Positions 39,632 through 57,298 are shown, counted from the stretch's first letter. The stretch is DNA of 64,000 nucleotides from the human T2T-CHM13v2.0 reference genome, Homo sapiens (GCF_009914755.1 NC_060925.1); one strand, 5' to 3'. A program made the numbers and translations. Notes: a model not told the origin generated them from the sequence alone.

Positions 39632-40932
39632 CAGTCATGCATCACTTAATGATAGGGACACGTTCTGAGAAGTGCGTCCTTAGGCGATTTCCTTCTTATT
39701 CAAACATTATAGAGTGGACTTACACAAACCTAGGTTTTATAGCCTACTAGGTAACTAGACCATATGGTATAGCCTGTCGCTCCTAGGCTGCAAACCTGTA
39801 CAGCATGTTACTGTAGTGAATACTGTGGGCAACTGTAGCACAATTGTAAGTATATGTTTATCTCAATATAGCAAAGTACAATAAAAATACAGTATAAAAT
39901 ATTAAAAACGGCAGACTTGTATAGGGCTTTTACCATGAATAGGGTGTGTAGGACTGAAAGTTGCTCTCAGTAAGTCATTACATGAGTGGTGAGTGAATGT
40001 GATGGCTTAGAACATCACCATACACGACTAGAGGTGGTATAAACACTGTATACTTAGGCTAAACTAATTTATTTTATTTATTTATTTACTTCAATATTTT
40101 TGGGGGAGCAGGTGGTTTTTGGTTACATGGATAAGTTCTTCAGTGCTAATTACTGAGCTTTTGATGCACCCAGGATAGACTAAATTTATTTTAAACTTTT
40201 CTTCGATAATAAATTAACCTTAGTTTATGTTGACCTTTTTACTTCATCAACTTTAATTTTTATGTCTTTCGAGATAATATTTAGCTTAAAAAACATTGTA
40301 GAGATGTACAAAAGATTTTTTCTTTCTGTTCTTGTGCTATAAGCTTTTATCTTTTAAATATTTTACTTATTTATTTACTTTTTAAACCTTTTTGTTAAAA
40401 ACAGACACAAACACACATATTAACCTCAGCCTACAAAGGGTTAGGATCATCAGTATCACTGTCTTCTTCCTCCGCTCTTGTCCCACTAGAAGATCTTCAG
40501 GGCAGTAACAGGCATGGAGCTGTCCTCTCCTATGATAACAAAGGTTTCTTCTGGAATAGTTCCTGAAGGATCTGCCTCAGGAAACATTAACCGTTTTACA
40601 GTTAATTTTTTTAACCAGTAGAAGAAGTTAACTATAAAATACTGATAACAATTATACTATATGAAATACATTAACCAGTAACACTTCTATATTGTCATCA
40701 TCAAGTATTATGTACTGTACAAAATTGTGTGTGGCATATTTTTATGTGACTGGCAATGCTGTAGGTTTATTTACACCGGCATTGCCACAAACATGTGAGT
40801 AATATATTACACTGCTATGTTATGATGGCTATTAGGTGATAGGAATTTTTCAGCTACACTATAATCTTATGGGTCCACTGTCACATGAGCGATCAGTCAT
40901 TGACCAAAATGTCATTATGTGGTGAATATCTG
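39632..40932 (+). mobile_element. Tigger3-like (TcMar) DNA transposon, with (TG)n tracts on both sides
   Basis: CAGTCATGCATCACTTAATGA start; degenerate inverted end TCATTATGTGGTGAATATCTG-TA. Confidence 0.8.
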
Positions 40933-41944
40933 TACAACTGTATATATGTATGTGTGTGTGTGTGTGTGTGTGTGTATCCCAGAAGAAATATATTCATAAT
41001 ATTCTATCAGAATGTTGAGACAAGAAAAATTATTTTCTACTTTTGAAGTCGGTGGTTGTGTAAAGGAGGCTTGCAAGAAGACATTAACACTCCTAGCTAG
41101 CACCATTGCAGATATGCACAATGAATACTTGATGAATGTCATAGAGTTAATTCTGAAGCATAGGTACAATATAACTGGGTGATGAAAACCAAGTTATTCT
41201 GGATAGCAAAGAATATGTAAGTACAAATGTATGAAAATAAACTACTATAATTTTGGAGGAGTGAAGGATAACTAAAAGAGTTATGGTAGGTTAATACTAT
41301 CAAGATGGGAGTCTTTCCCTCAATACCTTTACCAAAACTATCTAATGTCAAATTTTAAACAGTTAGATAATCAGTTTCACGTTTCACAAAGTGAAAATAT
41401 TTCAAATATTGTGCAACATTAAACATTACTTCTAGACAGATGAAAAAGAGAAATTTCTGTTGATTTGTCAGCTTAATTTCTGCACACATCTTCCAAATAA
41501 GGTGAAAAATAAAATTATTTCTTATGCAACAGTACTATATTGCAACAATATCTTGACATAAAAACAAAGAGCAGTATTATATGAGGAACTATCTTGAGCT
41601 AAATACATACTCAAAGATAAAGTATATCAAACCCATGGAATGTACAACATCAAGAGTGAACCCCAACATAAACTATGAACTTTGGGTGATAATTATATTG
41701 ACGGTGAGGGAGGTTATGCATGTGGTAGGGAAGAGGAAGTGGTATATAGAAATCTCTACCTTCCACTCAATTTTGCTGTGAAAAACTTGTTAATAAAATA
41801 TAAAGTCTTATAAAAATATGTGTGTATATATATGAATGTGTACACAAAGAAAGAGTCAAAAAGTATGAAGATTTCACCCATTTTCTACATTGTTTTAATT
41901 TTTCCTGCACCATCGTGTATATGGATGTATATATACATATATAC

Positions 41945-42590
<646 letters not shown>

Positions 42591-43224
42591 GTATATATAT
42601 GTGTGTATACAAGTATAAATATATAAATACAAATATACAATACATATTTGTATATACAACATTAACCAGAATTTAGCTCTAACTTTATCTTGAGTTGTTC
42701 TTAGTGATTTTCTTATATTCTCTCAATTATTTCCACTGAAACTATATTAACTTTGTAACCAGAAAGTATTCAAAATGATATTAATAAACAAACAACAAAA
42801 CTAACTACCCAACATCTTTTCTGCACCAGAAAAAAAATAGGACAGAGTTTCTGGTGGAGATACCTATGACAGTCAATGAGAATAGAGAAAATAAGTAAAT
42901 TGAGAGCTAAGAACAACCCTGTCACTCCTCTACTGTATACTAAGTAGATCAGGAAGATTTGCTAGTCTTACACTCTGCCTTCATTCTTAAATTGTTGTGT
43001 GAGGGTTTTCTTCTTGAAGACATTGCAGGAGAGTTCATATTTCATATCACTCCAAAATATAGATTTTATATTCATTAACAATTACCTCCTCAAATACTCG
43101 TGTACTCTTAGTTAGTGATGTCTTTTCATTCCTAATTTGGACACTGGAGAGCATTTAAGCTAAAGGCATTTAAGCTAAATGAAAGAAAAAAACTAAATGA
43201 GATGATTAAAATATAGTCTAGTGA

Positions 43225-43476
<252 letters not shown>

Positions 43477-44257
43477 TAAATGCCCTGTTCATTAAATGGA
43501 TGTCATTCAATGAACAGAGAAGGATATGCCAGACAAGATCATAAACACTTGATAATCACAGGAGCAGTGACCAGAGGAGCTGGAAAGATGGGAGATGTAG
43601 TCCTTCTATTTTGAGATGGCTCCTATGAGAATCAATGAAGAATAAATATGTCAACTGTCTTGCATTACCCGGAAATTCTCTACATGTTGAAATATATCAA
43701 TTTTTTTAAACTGATGATTAATATATTTGACTGCTAATATTTCTTTACTAATATTCATTTGGCAGCAGCCTGATCATAGTTTTCCTTTTAAATGTCATTT
43801 TATACATATTCTGTTTTGAATTTAACATTCTTTTGCATATTACAAGGAGGTTTAGCATTTTCACTTTTATATTTCAATAAATAATTTCTTTGGTCCTTCA
43901 AAGTGTAGCTATATTAACCCTCCAATAAATGTAGAGAGCAGACTCCAATGATAACAGGTATATTAAAAGAGAAAACAACTGGGAGACAGATAGATGAGGC
44001 AACAAAGGAGATAGCAATGATCTTTCTCCTAAGAAACATTTATGAGAGTTAAGAGAGAAATAGATATATGTAGATGTTCTTTTGTCCCTAAAAGAGTTGA
44101 TAAACATAAAATATTTTATTATAAAAAACATAGAGTAACAACATGAAATATTTTCTTCTATATGTACATATAAAGGAACCAAAAATATATTTCATCATAT
44201 ATATAGTAGCAAGACTTAACTTCTTTTGAAAATGTTTATATTTGATTTCAGCTTTGA

Positions 44258-44888
<631 letters not shown>

Positions 44889-45949
44889 TAAAGTGTAAAA
44901 GAAATAAATCTTTTTTTACAGATTAAATATAGGTTAAATATAGGTTTTGCCACATACTTCTATCATTATTCATTTGATTCTCAGTTCCAATTGTGTCTAA
45001 GTGGATGTGCAATAATATAGTTTGCCTACCTATATAAATCAAATATATGTGATAAGTAAAAATATTAGACAAGAATACACCTTGAAGATAATCCCTTGAA
45101 GTTTAAGTAATACCTGTGTGTGGTTTATAGTATCGGGTTAGTTGACAAGAAATGGTTACAAAACTGATGTATTGAAGTGAAAATAAGTCCAATTCTAGTT
45201 AAAATGTCTTATAAGTAAGACAGCATTTAATATTTATCTTTATTTAAATTCATATGCTCTATTCAATAAATCATCAATTCTTAAGTTTTAGAAAGTCCAT
45301 ACTTCTGAGAGGTATGTTTATTTGTGAGTAGCTTAGCATTTGGAAAACGATTCTTTTGGAAACCTGTGGTATAAATGATGGCACCTCCCAGTCCTGTGTG
45401 AACTCTTGCAATTCTTCGTCTTTATAGCTCCTCAGTAATTGTTTTTTGCCCAGCCCAATAAGATTCCGTCCTATGCTTGCACAGCTCTGTATTCAACTAA
45501 AAACAAAAGGAGCCCGATGGAAACTTCTATAGCTCTTTCTCTTCATACCACTTTCTCTCTGCTACTATGCCCAGTAACTTCTGGCCACCATAGTCTCCAA
45601 GACTGACATTATTAGTCTCAACTAAAGAAGACCATTGAGTTCTTGCTGGGTTCTCCCTCACAGCACAGAGTCTAGAAAAGGCCTGTCAGCAAACAGATGG
45701 GGCTGTGTGCTGTGGTAGTTTGGGGTTTCAAGTTTTTTTCATTTTCTTAGTCATCACGGTCATGTGCTGGGTGATTTCCAGTGTTCTTGAAATATATTTT
45801 GTACAGTTTTCTAATTTTTTTCCAGTGGGAGGTTATGTTGATACCAGCTATTCCATCCAATAGGAAATAGAATCCGTGGTATGCCTTTCAAAAGATGTTA
45901 TGTTATCAAATATTATTCCACACCTTTAATTCTTAATTTTAAACCTCTA

Positions 45950-46097
45950 GAGCAGGGCACAGTGGTGTGTGCCTCTAGTCTCAGCCACTGGTAAGTCTGA
46001 AGTAGGAGGATCACTTGAGCCCAGGTGTTCAAGGCTGCAGTGAGCTATGACTGCACCAGTGCACTTCAACCTGGGCAACAGAGTGAGACCCTGTCTT
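45950..46097 (+). mobile_element. Alu monomer (FLAM/FRAM-like)
   Basis: Single arm GGGCACAGTGGTGTGTGCCT...GAGTGAGACCCTGTCT. Confidence 0.75.
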
Positions 46098-47065
46098 CAC
46101 TAAATTTACACTTCTAGAAAATTGAGTCTTCTTAAAACAGCTGAAACTGTGACAGTTTTTCAGTAAACAGTTAAGTCATAGCCTCTTTCTATTACTAGGG
46201 GATTAAACATTATTAACATTTGCAAAAAACAAAAAAAAAAGAACAAATGTTATGAATACCAGAAAATTGCAGTGATTGAATAGGGTTTAGGATTTATAGC
46301 CTTCAGTGATGGCATAAATATTTCCATGCTCTATGTCATGAACAAGCTCTCTTCATTTCGTGGGATGATGGCTATTGTCAGCCCAACAATTATAATTTAG
46401 AAGCTTGACAAATTAAGTTTGACCAGCTGTATCCCATACAAGCTGGCTCTTGTGTACAGTCTGTAAGACTTTGTTAGGCTTTGATTAAGTCTGTTGCTTT
46501 GTGACACAAAAAATATCCCGGGTTTAATTCATGTTTTCCCTGTCTGAGAACTAGAATCAACCATACCTCCAATAAGTTCTGGTTCCATTCAGTGGGTAAT
46601 GACATTTAGAAACTAAGTTGCCAAAATAAACTTGCTTCAAAACTTAGCACATTTTATTTAAGCTGACAAAGAACACATCTTTTTGTTCAAGTTCTCACAA
46701 TATTGCTACCTTTCCCTCTTTGCCTGTCCCTTATTCCAAAAGCATAAGGCAACATATTGAGGTTATCAGAGTAGATGGAGGAAGTCAGAATCTCCAAAGT
46801 GGAAGAATTTAGCGGAACACTCTATGTCCAAGGTTGAATGGTAGCTCAAGAACGCTGTGGAGAGTTAATAAAGTTTCAGGGCAACTAGACTCCTAATGAT
46901 AGCTGCACAGTCTGTTTTTTCATGTAAGGTAACATTTTGCAAGTTATGGTAATCCATGTTGCAGGGATTAGTACAGTGCAATCTCTGGGGGCTGTTATTC
47001 CGTTTACAACACCATGCAATAACCTTATATGAATAAAGCAGCTGGGAAACCCTACATCAGCCAAG

Positions 47066-47097
<32 letters not shown>

Positions 47098-47403
47098 CTT
47101 ACTTATTTACTTATTTATTTTTTGAGACAGAGTCTCACTGTGTTGCCCAGGCTGGAGTACAATGGTGGGATCTTGGCTCCCTGCAAATTCTACCTTCAAA
47201 GTTCAAGCAATTCTTGTGCCTCAGCCTCCTGAGTAGTTGGGATTACAGGCATGTGTCACCACACCCAGCTAATTTTTGTATTCTTAGTAGAGCCAGGGTT
47301 TCACCAAATTGGCCAGGCTGGTCTCCAACTCCCAACCTCAGGCGATCCACCAACCTTGGTATCCCAAAGTGCTGACGTAACAGTCATGAGCCACTGTACC
47401 CAG
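47066..47403 (-). mobile_element. Alu with (TTTA)n tail
   Basis: Antisense dimer. Confidence 0.9.
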
Positions 47404-47999
47404 ACAGATCAATTGTTTTCAATGGCATTTTGTTTTTACAATTAGATTTTTTAAAAGATGATAATCAATAAAGAATTGCCATCCAAATATTGGAATAAAA
47501 TACAGAGATTTAGGGATACAAGTTTTATATAAGTGAAATGAGTCATATTCTAATGGGATTTGCTTGAGTAAACTGCAATCAAACCATTAAAGTGCCTATA
47601 ACAGTACATAAAACTAGTTACTTTAAATATTTATGAGATTATTAGAAAATATTTCAATTTTTTGTGTATACTTGATTTATTTGGATTATTTACTTTGTCT
47701 TGAATGTCAATTATGTAGTTTACATAAGAATTAATATATACTTTTATGAACTAACCATTAATGAAAGATGATTAAATAAGAAAAATAAACACATATTCAT
47801 ATACATAACTATTTCTAATTGAATCAGAAGATATTCATAATGAGTTAGTTTTTATAAACATACTAGTGATGGAGTTGAGAATAATGGAAAGGTTCAAAAA
47901 ACCTAGAAGATGGGTTTTTTAAAAAGTCTTTGATATTTAGTTACCCATTTGGTAAAATTGGGAATAATTTGCTTTATAATTTCCCTCCAACTTTCTGCC

Positions 48000-50008
48000 C
48001 ATATGGGTGAAATTGGCCAAAAGAAAGGGGCTACAGTCCCCACACAAGTTCAAAACCCAGCAGGGCACTCCTTAAATCTTAAATCTCCATAAAAGGTCTC
48101 ATTTGACTCCTCGTCTCACATCCAGGACACACTGATGCAAGGGGTAGGCTTCCAAGGCCTTGGGTAGCTCCACTTCTGTGGCTTTGCAGGGTTCAGCCCC
48201 CAGGGCTGCTCTCATGGGCTAGCATTGAGTGCCTGCAGCCTTTCCAGGTGCATAGTACAAGCTGTTGGTGTATCTACCATTCTGTGGTCTGGAGGAGAGT
48301 AGCCCCCTACTCATAGCTCCACTAGGCAGTGCCTCAGTGGTGACTCTGTGTGGGGGTTCCAACCCTACATTTCCCTTCCACTCTGCCCTAGCAGAGGTTC
48401 TCCATGAACCTGCAGACTCCACCCCTGCAGACTTCTGCCTGAACATGCAGAAGTTTCCATACAACCTCAGAAATCCAGGAAGAGGTTCCCACCTGGAACC
48501 AAAAAAAAAACCTCAAATCTTGTCTTCTGTGCACCCACAGGCACAACACCATGTGGAAGCTGCCAAAGTTCGAGGTTTGCACCTTCTGAAAAAATGACCT
48601 GAGCTATATGTTGGCCCCATTTAGCCACGGCTGGAGCTGGAGCAGCTAGGACTCAGCAGGGTACCAGGTCGTGAGGCTGCACACAGCAGCAGGGCCCAGG
48701 CCCATGAAAATATTTTTCCCTGCTAGGCCTTTGGGCCTGTGATTGGGAAAGCCTCAAAGATCTCTGACATGTCCTGGAGTCATTTTCCCCATTGTCTTAG
48801 GCTATTAACATTTGGCTTCTTGTAACTTATGCAAATTTCTGCAGCAGGATTGAATTACTCCCCAGAATATGAGTTTTCTCTTCTACCACATGGTCAGGCA
48901 GCAAATTTTGCAAACTTTTATACTCTGTCACTCTTGAACATTTTGCTGCTTAGAAATTTCCTACTCCAGTTACCCTAAATCATCTCTCTCAACTTCAAAG
49001 TTCCACACATCTTCAGGGCAGGGGCAAATTGACACTAGTCTCTTTGCTACAGCATAGCAAGAGTGACCTTTGCTCCAGTTCCTAATAAGTTTCTCATCTC
49101 CATCTAAGACCGCTTCAGCCTGGACTTCATTGTCCATATCTCTATAAGCATTTTGGTCAAAACCATTGAACAAGTCTCAAGGGGGTTCCAAACTTTCCCT
49201 CATCTTCCTATCTTCTTCTGAGCCCCCTAAGCTGTTCCAACCTCTGCCTGTTACCCAGTTCCAAAGTCACTTCCACATTTTCAGGTATCTTTATAGCAGT
49301 GCCCCCTGTACCAATCTACTGTATTAGTCCACTGTCACACTGCTATAAAGAACTTCTCCAACCTGGGTAATATATCAGTAAAATAGGTTTGGCCAGACAT
49401 GGTGGCTCACACCTGTAATCCTAGCACTTTGGGAGACAGGGGCAGGTGAATCACTTGAGGTCAGGAATTTGGGACTAGCCTGACCCACATCGTGAAACTC
49501 TGTCTTTGATAAAATATAAAAATTAGCTGGGCATGGTGGTGCACTCCTGTAATCTCGGCTATTTGGGAGGCTGAGGCAGGAGAATCACTTGAGCTGGGGA
49601 AGCAGAGGCTGCAGTGAGCCGAGATAGTGCCACTGTACTGCAGTCTGGGTGACAGAGCGAGACTCTGTCTCAAAAAAATAATAATAATAAATAAATAAAA
49701 TAGGTTTAATTGACTCACAGTTCCACATGGCTGTGGCTTCAGAAAACTTACAATAATGGCAGAAGCGGGGACAGGCACTTCTTCACAAGGCAGCAGGAGA
49801 GAGACAAGTGGATGAAGGAGGAACTTCCAAACACTTATAAAACCATCAGATCTCATGTGAACTCACTCACTATCATGAGAACAGCATGGGGGAAGCCATC
49901 CCCATGATCCAACCACCCCCCACCAGGTCTCTGCCTCAATATCTGGGGATTACAATTCAAGATAAGATGTGAATGGTGTGAGTGGAGACACAAAGCCTAA
50001 CTATATCA
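48000..50008 (-). mobile_element. THE1/MST MaLR: one LTR (~49320-50008, carrying a sense Alu at 49391-49697) plus truncated internal region
   Basis: Reverse-complement similarity to 13785-15540; Alu TSD AAAATAGGTTT; second LTR absent. Confidence 0.85.
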
Positions 50009-51666
50009 GGTGGCAAGTATGTGCAATAAATGATGTGAATGCAAAACAGAGCAATCTCAAGTGCTCCAGCTACCAATATCTCCTCAGTCTTCTGATATCA
50101 TTCCCTTCTTGTATTTTTGATAGATTTGGAATAGTTTAATGTAATTAAGTCAAAATAGATGTATATTTTTTCAAGTTATGAGAAAAATATTGTATAGTAT
50201 TCGTTAGTTCTACATGTCACTATTAGTTTATGCCTTATGGTCAGTCTGGGAAGTGTTCAGTCATTTTTTTGTTTTCAGCTCAATACTTTTTCTCTTCTCT
50301 TTCTGGATTGCCTCTCCTTATTTGTTGTTGTTTGTCTTATTCTAAAGTTCTCTAAGCTCAGTTCAGCTTTCTGTTTTCAGTCTATTTTCAGACTGGGTAA
50401 TTAATATTGCTCTGTATTGAAGTTCATGAATTTATTCATCTGTCATCTCCCAGTGTGTTATTAAGCCTATCCAGAGGATTTTTTTAATTATTGTTTTACT
50501 ATTTGGGTTTATAATTCCTATTGGATTTTTTAAAGCATCATCAATTTCAACATCTGTGTCTTCTTAGTGTTGTCTTTTGTTATTAATAATTGTCTTTTCC
50601 CTTTTGAGAGTTTCCTGGTCCTTAATATGAAGAGTAATTTTTAAATTTATTCTAGATATTTTAGGTGTTATATTTTGAGTACTCGATTGCAAAAATCTTA
50701 TTTGGCAGGTTCCATTGCTGCCATGGTGGGTATAAGCCCAGGTTTCCCATTTGGCTTCTGCTGACATCAATCATGGGAAAAGGGAGCGGTGTCTTGTTAC
50801 TTGACCATGTGGGTAGAAGTCTAGGTTCCTCAGTTGACCTCTGTTTATCTAGAAGTGTGGAGGGTGGTCATTGGCTTCTTAGGATCTTTCCTACAGTATG
50901 TAAGTTATTGTTAAAAATGATTTTTGTCTTGTAAGGCTGCTCTTTTCCTGGGCTTTTGGGTATAGAAAGTAGGCTCTTCTGGGGATTTTCTTTTTCTGTC
51001 TGAACCTCATATCAATACTGGGTTGCAGTCTTCTCCAGTGTCCTATCCAGGATACAAAGGAGTCCAAAAGAAAACCCACATGACACCCTGCTGTGTCATT
51101 CCTTGAGTCCTGAAGTCTCCAGCAACTTCAAATTCTCTACATCTTTCAGAGTCTTTTTATGTTCTTTTCCTTTTTTTTTTTTTTTTACTTTGTGTTCAAA
51201 ATTTGAGTTGTACTTAGCATAACGAAAAGGTAGAAAAGTTTGTTCCTCATTTTGCCAATACCAAGAATCCAGCAATTCCCTTTAGTTTCTATTAATTTGT
51301 ATTCTTTAAATTTTTCCAGGAGTTAATGTTTCTTTTGTAAGGCAAATGAAAATAAAGAATGAAATGACTACAGACCCAATAAACTCCAAAGAATGTTGAA
51401 TTTAAAATAAGAAACTTTCTGTGTTTTGTCATAGCTTTCTATCTGTTTAGCATGTATTCATTTAGAAAAACATTTCTTAATCCTGGAATACTACAAAGTG
51501 TCATCTTTGTTAATGCTGTATGTGTTCATTCAGTGAGGAGAAAAGAACTGAAAATTTAACTTTCAGTTTGTAGGATAAATTTTACTCCGGGAATCATTTC
51601 ATTCAGCACAAATCACAAAAGCCCTGATAGACTATAAAGTGCCTTGTTTGTATTTGCCTTATTTGA

Positions 51667-51966
<300 letters not shown>

Positions 51967-52218
51967 TAATAGAATTTTCACAGATTAACAAACAAGCATT
52001 CTGCTGAATGCTTGCCTACCAAATGTCTATATGATAGAATGTAAAGTTTAGAAATTTTTCTCTTTATATTTATATTTTATTTAAAAACATTTAGTTGATA
52101 AATAAAAAGAATACATATTTATGTTCTACAACATGTTGATTTGATATATTTATAAAGCAATGATTACTATAAATTAATTAACACATTCATCACCACCTAT
52201 GGTTACCATTGTGTGTAA

Positions 52219-52261
<43 letters not shown>
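52219..52261. repeat. (GT)n(GA)n microsatellite in CFHR2 intron 4
   Basis: Read directly. Confidence 0.95.
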
Positions 52262-52263
<2 letters not shown>

Positions 52264-52705
52264 GAGGACTCTTAAAATCTGCTCTCTTTTCAAATTTCAA
52301 GTAAATAATACCATATTATTAGCTATTAATGTCATTACATTTCTCTATTTGATTCCCAGTTCTTGTTCATCTTATTACTGAAAGTTTGGATTCTTTCACC
52401 AATATCATAATCAAACAAAAACAGCAATGATAGGTTCTAAAATGCAACTATCTTAATATGACAATAGATGTTATGAATCTTCGGTAATAACATCTAATTA
52501 TCATCCATTAAACATAGTACCTCATTTTTACATCATTTACCATTTTAAATTTACTTAAATCTATATTTTGTTTTTACAGCATTAGTTTGGAAAGGATTTT
52601 GAGAAGTAATTCCTCAACCATCATATAACATTCTACTTGAAAACCTGAGTCTATGAAGATTTGCATACTACTTAATGTTTTATGTTCATTTTTTTCTACT
52701 TTCAG

Positions 52706-52905
52706 ATCCATGTGTAATATCACAAGAAATTATGGAAAAATATAACATAAAATTAAAGTGGACAAACCAACAAAAGCTTTATTCAAGAACAGGTGACATA
52801 GTTGAATTTGTTTGTAAATCTGGATATCATCCAACAAAATCTCATTCATTTCGAGCAATGTGTCAGAATGGGAAACTGGTATATCCCAGTTGTGAAGAAA
52901 AATAG
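52706..52905 (+). CDS. CFHR2: CFHR2 exon 5 coding part, SCR4 (FH SCR20-like)
   Basis: tttcag|AT CCA TGT; [41 protein letters not shown]...YPSCEEK, TAG; exon sum 58+195+177+183+200=813 nt = 270 aa plus stop. Confidence 0.97.
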
Positions 52906-53012
52906 AATCAATGGCATTACTATTAGTAAAATGCACACCTTTTTCTGAATTTACTATTATATTTGTTTTCAATTTCATTTTTCAAGTACTGTTTTACTCA
53001 TTTTTATTCATA

Positions 53013-53018
53013 AATAAA
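53013..53018 (+). terminator. CFHR2 polyadenylation signal
   Basis: AATAAA ~108 nt after the stop codon. Confidence 0.7.
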
Positions 53019-56000
53019 GTTTTGTGTTGATTTGTGAAAATGCAATTACAATCTGAGATGTGTCACAATGGTGAGGACTATCTTCACCAAATCTAAGTAA
53101 CAACCTAGGAATTGTCTTTTTTTTTCTTTTTAAAAAAATTGACAATAACTGTATATATTCATGGAGTACATAGTAATGTTTCCATATATATAATGTATAA
53201 TGGTCAGTTAGGGTAATTAGTATATCCATTATCTCAAACATTTTTCATTTCTTTGGGTTAGGAGCATTAAATATTCTCCTTCCAGCTATTTGGTACTTCA
53301 TAGTATATTACTGGTAACTGAAGGAATTATATCTAGACGTTACCCCAGGTATCTTGAAATGTCAATTCCTAACAGTCACAGCCTGGGAGCTCATGTTTGC
53401 CTTCTTTCAGAGCTTGTAACTATGTATATCCACATAAATAATCAAAATAATTTGTGTTTTGGTGAGAATTAGCAACTGCAATGGCTAGTTTTATGTGTCA
53501 ACTTGGCTAAGCTATCAAGCCTAGTTATTTAATCAAATGTTAATCTAAGTGTTGCTGTGAAGAAGGTATTTTATAGATGGAGTTAATAACATCTACAATA
53601 AGTTGACTTTAAGTAAAGATTACCCTTGATAATGTGGGTGGGTCACATTCAGTCAATTGAAGCAGTTAGAGTCAAAACTTAGGCTTCCCAAAGAAGAAGT
53701 TCTACCTCAAGACTGTAACATCAACCCTTGTCTGAGCTTCTACTCCATTAGCCTATGAATTTTGGACTTGCATATACCCACAAATTAAGTAAACCAATAG
53801 CATAAAAATATCTCTCTCTATCTCATCTATCTACATACATCTCACACTGTACATTCTGTTTCTCTGGGAAACACTAATACATCATCTTACCACTTAATTT
53901 TTTTAACCAATTAAAATCTGTCACTATCTTCCTAGGATTTGTATCACTTAATATTCACTAGAGAGGTTAGTTTAATCAATTATAAAATTCTCATTTAACA
54001 AGAACAACTAAGACCTGGTGAAGAGAGAACTTTTCCAAAGTCTGACTATAAGCTGGTAATTGAATTCACCATCAAATTACAAATCATTTATTTTAAAGAA
54101 TCTGGGGTTAAAATTAACCTGGCAGGCACCAATATTTTTCTGTTTTGCAAAACAGACCACATATTTAATGTTATTTCTCTAATATTTATGGTCATCTGAT
54201 CTCTAAAACCTGGCGCTTGGAAGGTAGGATCTGTTGATGAAGGGTCAGAGCGAAGGAGTGCCATGATTTAAACTGTATCTTCCCAAATCTCCATCAGAAC
54301 CTTTGACACACATTTTTCGTTCAAATATTTCTCTCAATATTGCTGGGTTAAATTGTTCATTTTCTTTACTTTCCACCATGAGATGTTTTAATTTCACCAA
54401 ACTTGTTAGCAGCAACCAAGAAATTGTATGTCTACTAATTTCTCCATCATATTGTATCTTATTCTAAATACATTTTTTCACAAATTCTGGAGTCAAAGTC
54501 ATATAATCCAAACTCCACTCCTACTATTCATCCCAGATAATCTTCCTCAGAGGATTTTCCCTTCAAAGAAAAAGTGGATTGGTAACACCCTGGCAATAGA
54601 AGTTTGTCAGACCCTCCATCCTACCCTTTTTTTAATTTCATGGTGCCTTTACCATTTCATGAAGAGGGTGGGAAGCTGAGTGTCCATTTCTGATACCACT
54701 CTGCAACTCCTACACTGCAGTGATCACAGCTAACAGCAGTGATCTTGCTTTCAGAACTAACAATTCACACTTTTACCTATCATTACATTCACTTTTAAAA
54801 GTTATTTTAAACAGCAATAATGTCAAGAGCATAGTGAGAATTGTAACTCCCACGTGTGGCTTCTGACTGTCCAAATCTGTCCTCAGAATGCACGTGGCTA
54901 AGAGAGACAATAGTTGATGAGTGTCTGTCATCTCTTAAGTTCCTCCATCTCTTGTACTTTATGAGTCGATGAGCTCCCTCAGCTGCATCTTATGAAATCC
55001 AGTTTTTATTATACTTATTTTAGATGAACAACCTAAAAAGCATGATTTGAGCACCTTAACCCAGATTCTTATTTATCTTGGATCTGGTGTACAAGTTTCT
55101 CTTGCAAGAATTTTAACAAGGGTCACATTATCAGTCTTCTATGAAATTAGAGAAAACATCAGACTTGTTTTTAAACCTTTTCTTAAAGAAACATGCAGAA
55201 AACCCAAAAACATGGGTGAGCACTACGTAGGTAAAGAAATAAAACATTACTATTTCATCAGAAATACAATTTGACTTTGAAAACTTAAATTTAAATATGA
55301 TTTCTAAAATAGTTAAGACTTGGTTATATTTGACGTCACCAACAAAGACGAACTAGATAAGTAATCATAATGGAGTATATTCTTAATTACAATCATTTTT
55401 ATGACACGTATGTACCTCAGAGTGGAGATAATTAAAATATTAGCATGTAATGCAGCATAGTTACATTATACAGATCAAAGATGTCCACAAATAATTTGAA
55501 AATCCTCTGATTTAGTGACCTATTTCCCCATCATCTTGAACTTGTGCTAACCCATGACTGCTTTGACTAATAGGATACAGTATAAGTATCTCTACGTCAA
55601 TTATGGATAAAAGCTTTTAAAAAAATAGCAGCTTGGTCTCTCGTAGCTTCTAACCAGTATGCGAGAATTCTTACTACCCTGTAGAGAGGCCCTGAGAGTG
55701 ACAGGAGTCACCCGAACCCCAAATTTCACCCATTGTTGGCAAAGCACCAAATATATGACTGAAGACATATTAAACCCTCAATTCCAGAATATGTGCCAGA
55801 TAAATAACATTGAATGTCTTTATTAATGCCCCAAAAAACAAAAGAATTATCCGTCTGAATCCCACCAAAATTACTGTCCCATAGAATTGTGAGATGTCAT
55901 TAAATGGTGTATTAGAAAAGAATTAACATCTCAAAACACTAAACTAAGCTTACAATATAAGAAAGCAGGAAACAATTAATATTAGTGCAGAAATCAATGA

Positions 56001-57002
56001 AGCAAATTCAATTTAGAAAAAAATCTATTTTAGTAATCTTCTCAAAGAACAAATGAAATGAACCAATGCTAATTCTTTCAGAAGAATAATAAATTTATTT
56101 TTAGCAAGAATAACGAAGGGAAAAAAAGCAGACACAAATTACCTGCCATTTGAGATGGTATAGGGCATTAATTAAAATTCCTCTAATAACTTAAGGGTAT
56201 AAAATTATTTTAATTTTTGAAGTGTCCAAATGGTTTTATCTGAAAAACATACCAAAAGAGGAGAGAATGCACAAAGTAGTTCCATCATTAAATAAGCATT
56301 GTATACGAAAGAAAATTCTACAAGAGGGTACAGTAGCAGCCCTGGTCATATTCATAAGTAAATAGCTTCTCTTCTTCTGGGACTCACTGCAGAGACTGTT
56401 GAGGCTCTGTCTTAGGCTATAGAAGTAAGAATTTAAACAAGGGATCTTTCACTAGACCATCTGCTGCAGGAGGCTAAATGATCAGCCTATCTCTCTGATG
56501 GCCATTCATAAAAGAATGGTCACTTCTCTACCCGGAAAGTTGTGGCAGATCCTCATGGGAAAATATAAGACTAAACCAGCCCAGTGGGCTAAACTTTAAT
56601 CTCTATTCCTAGCTATTATGGAAGATTTTAGATTTTGAGTACATAAAAAACGCAATCACATGGGTTGATACCAATCCACTGTCAGGGATTAATTCATAGG
56701 AAAGCAGTTGATTCAAATACTTCTTGCCTGATACACTACCTTTATGGGAATTCAAATTGGGACATGTAGATACCTACCAAAATAAAAACTCCACCAGGAC
56801 TGGAAAGGAATTGGAGTCAACAAATAGATATTTTGGGTCTTTACCTAGAAGTGGCTACTTAGGTACATGAAATGAATGGTCACAGAAGGACCCAAACCAA
56901 CACCAGCACCAGAAAAGGCACAAATTGTTAATCATAATTGCCCAGTTTCTTAGTAAGAGATGTAAGATTAAAAAATGCATTGGGACATATCCACAGGAAT
57001 GA

Positions 57003-57298
<296 letters not shown>

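Noticed and set aside
45385-45410. TCCTGTGTGAA, resembling the start of an FH-SCR18-like exon (SCVN)
   Set aside because: No acceptor and no downstream sushi pattern; the context looks like old repeat DNA.
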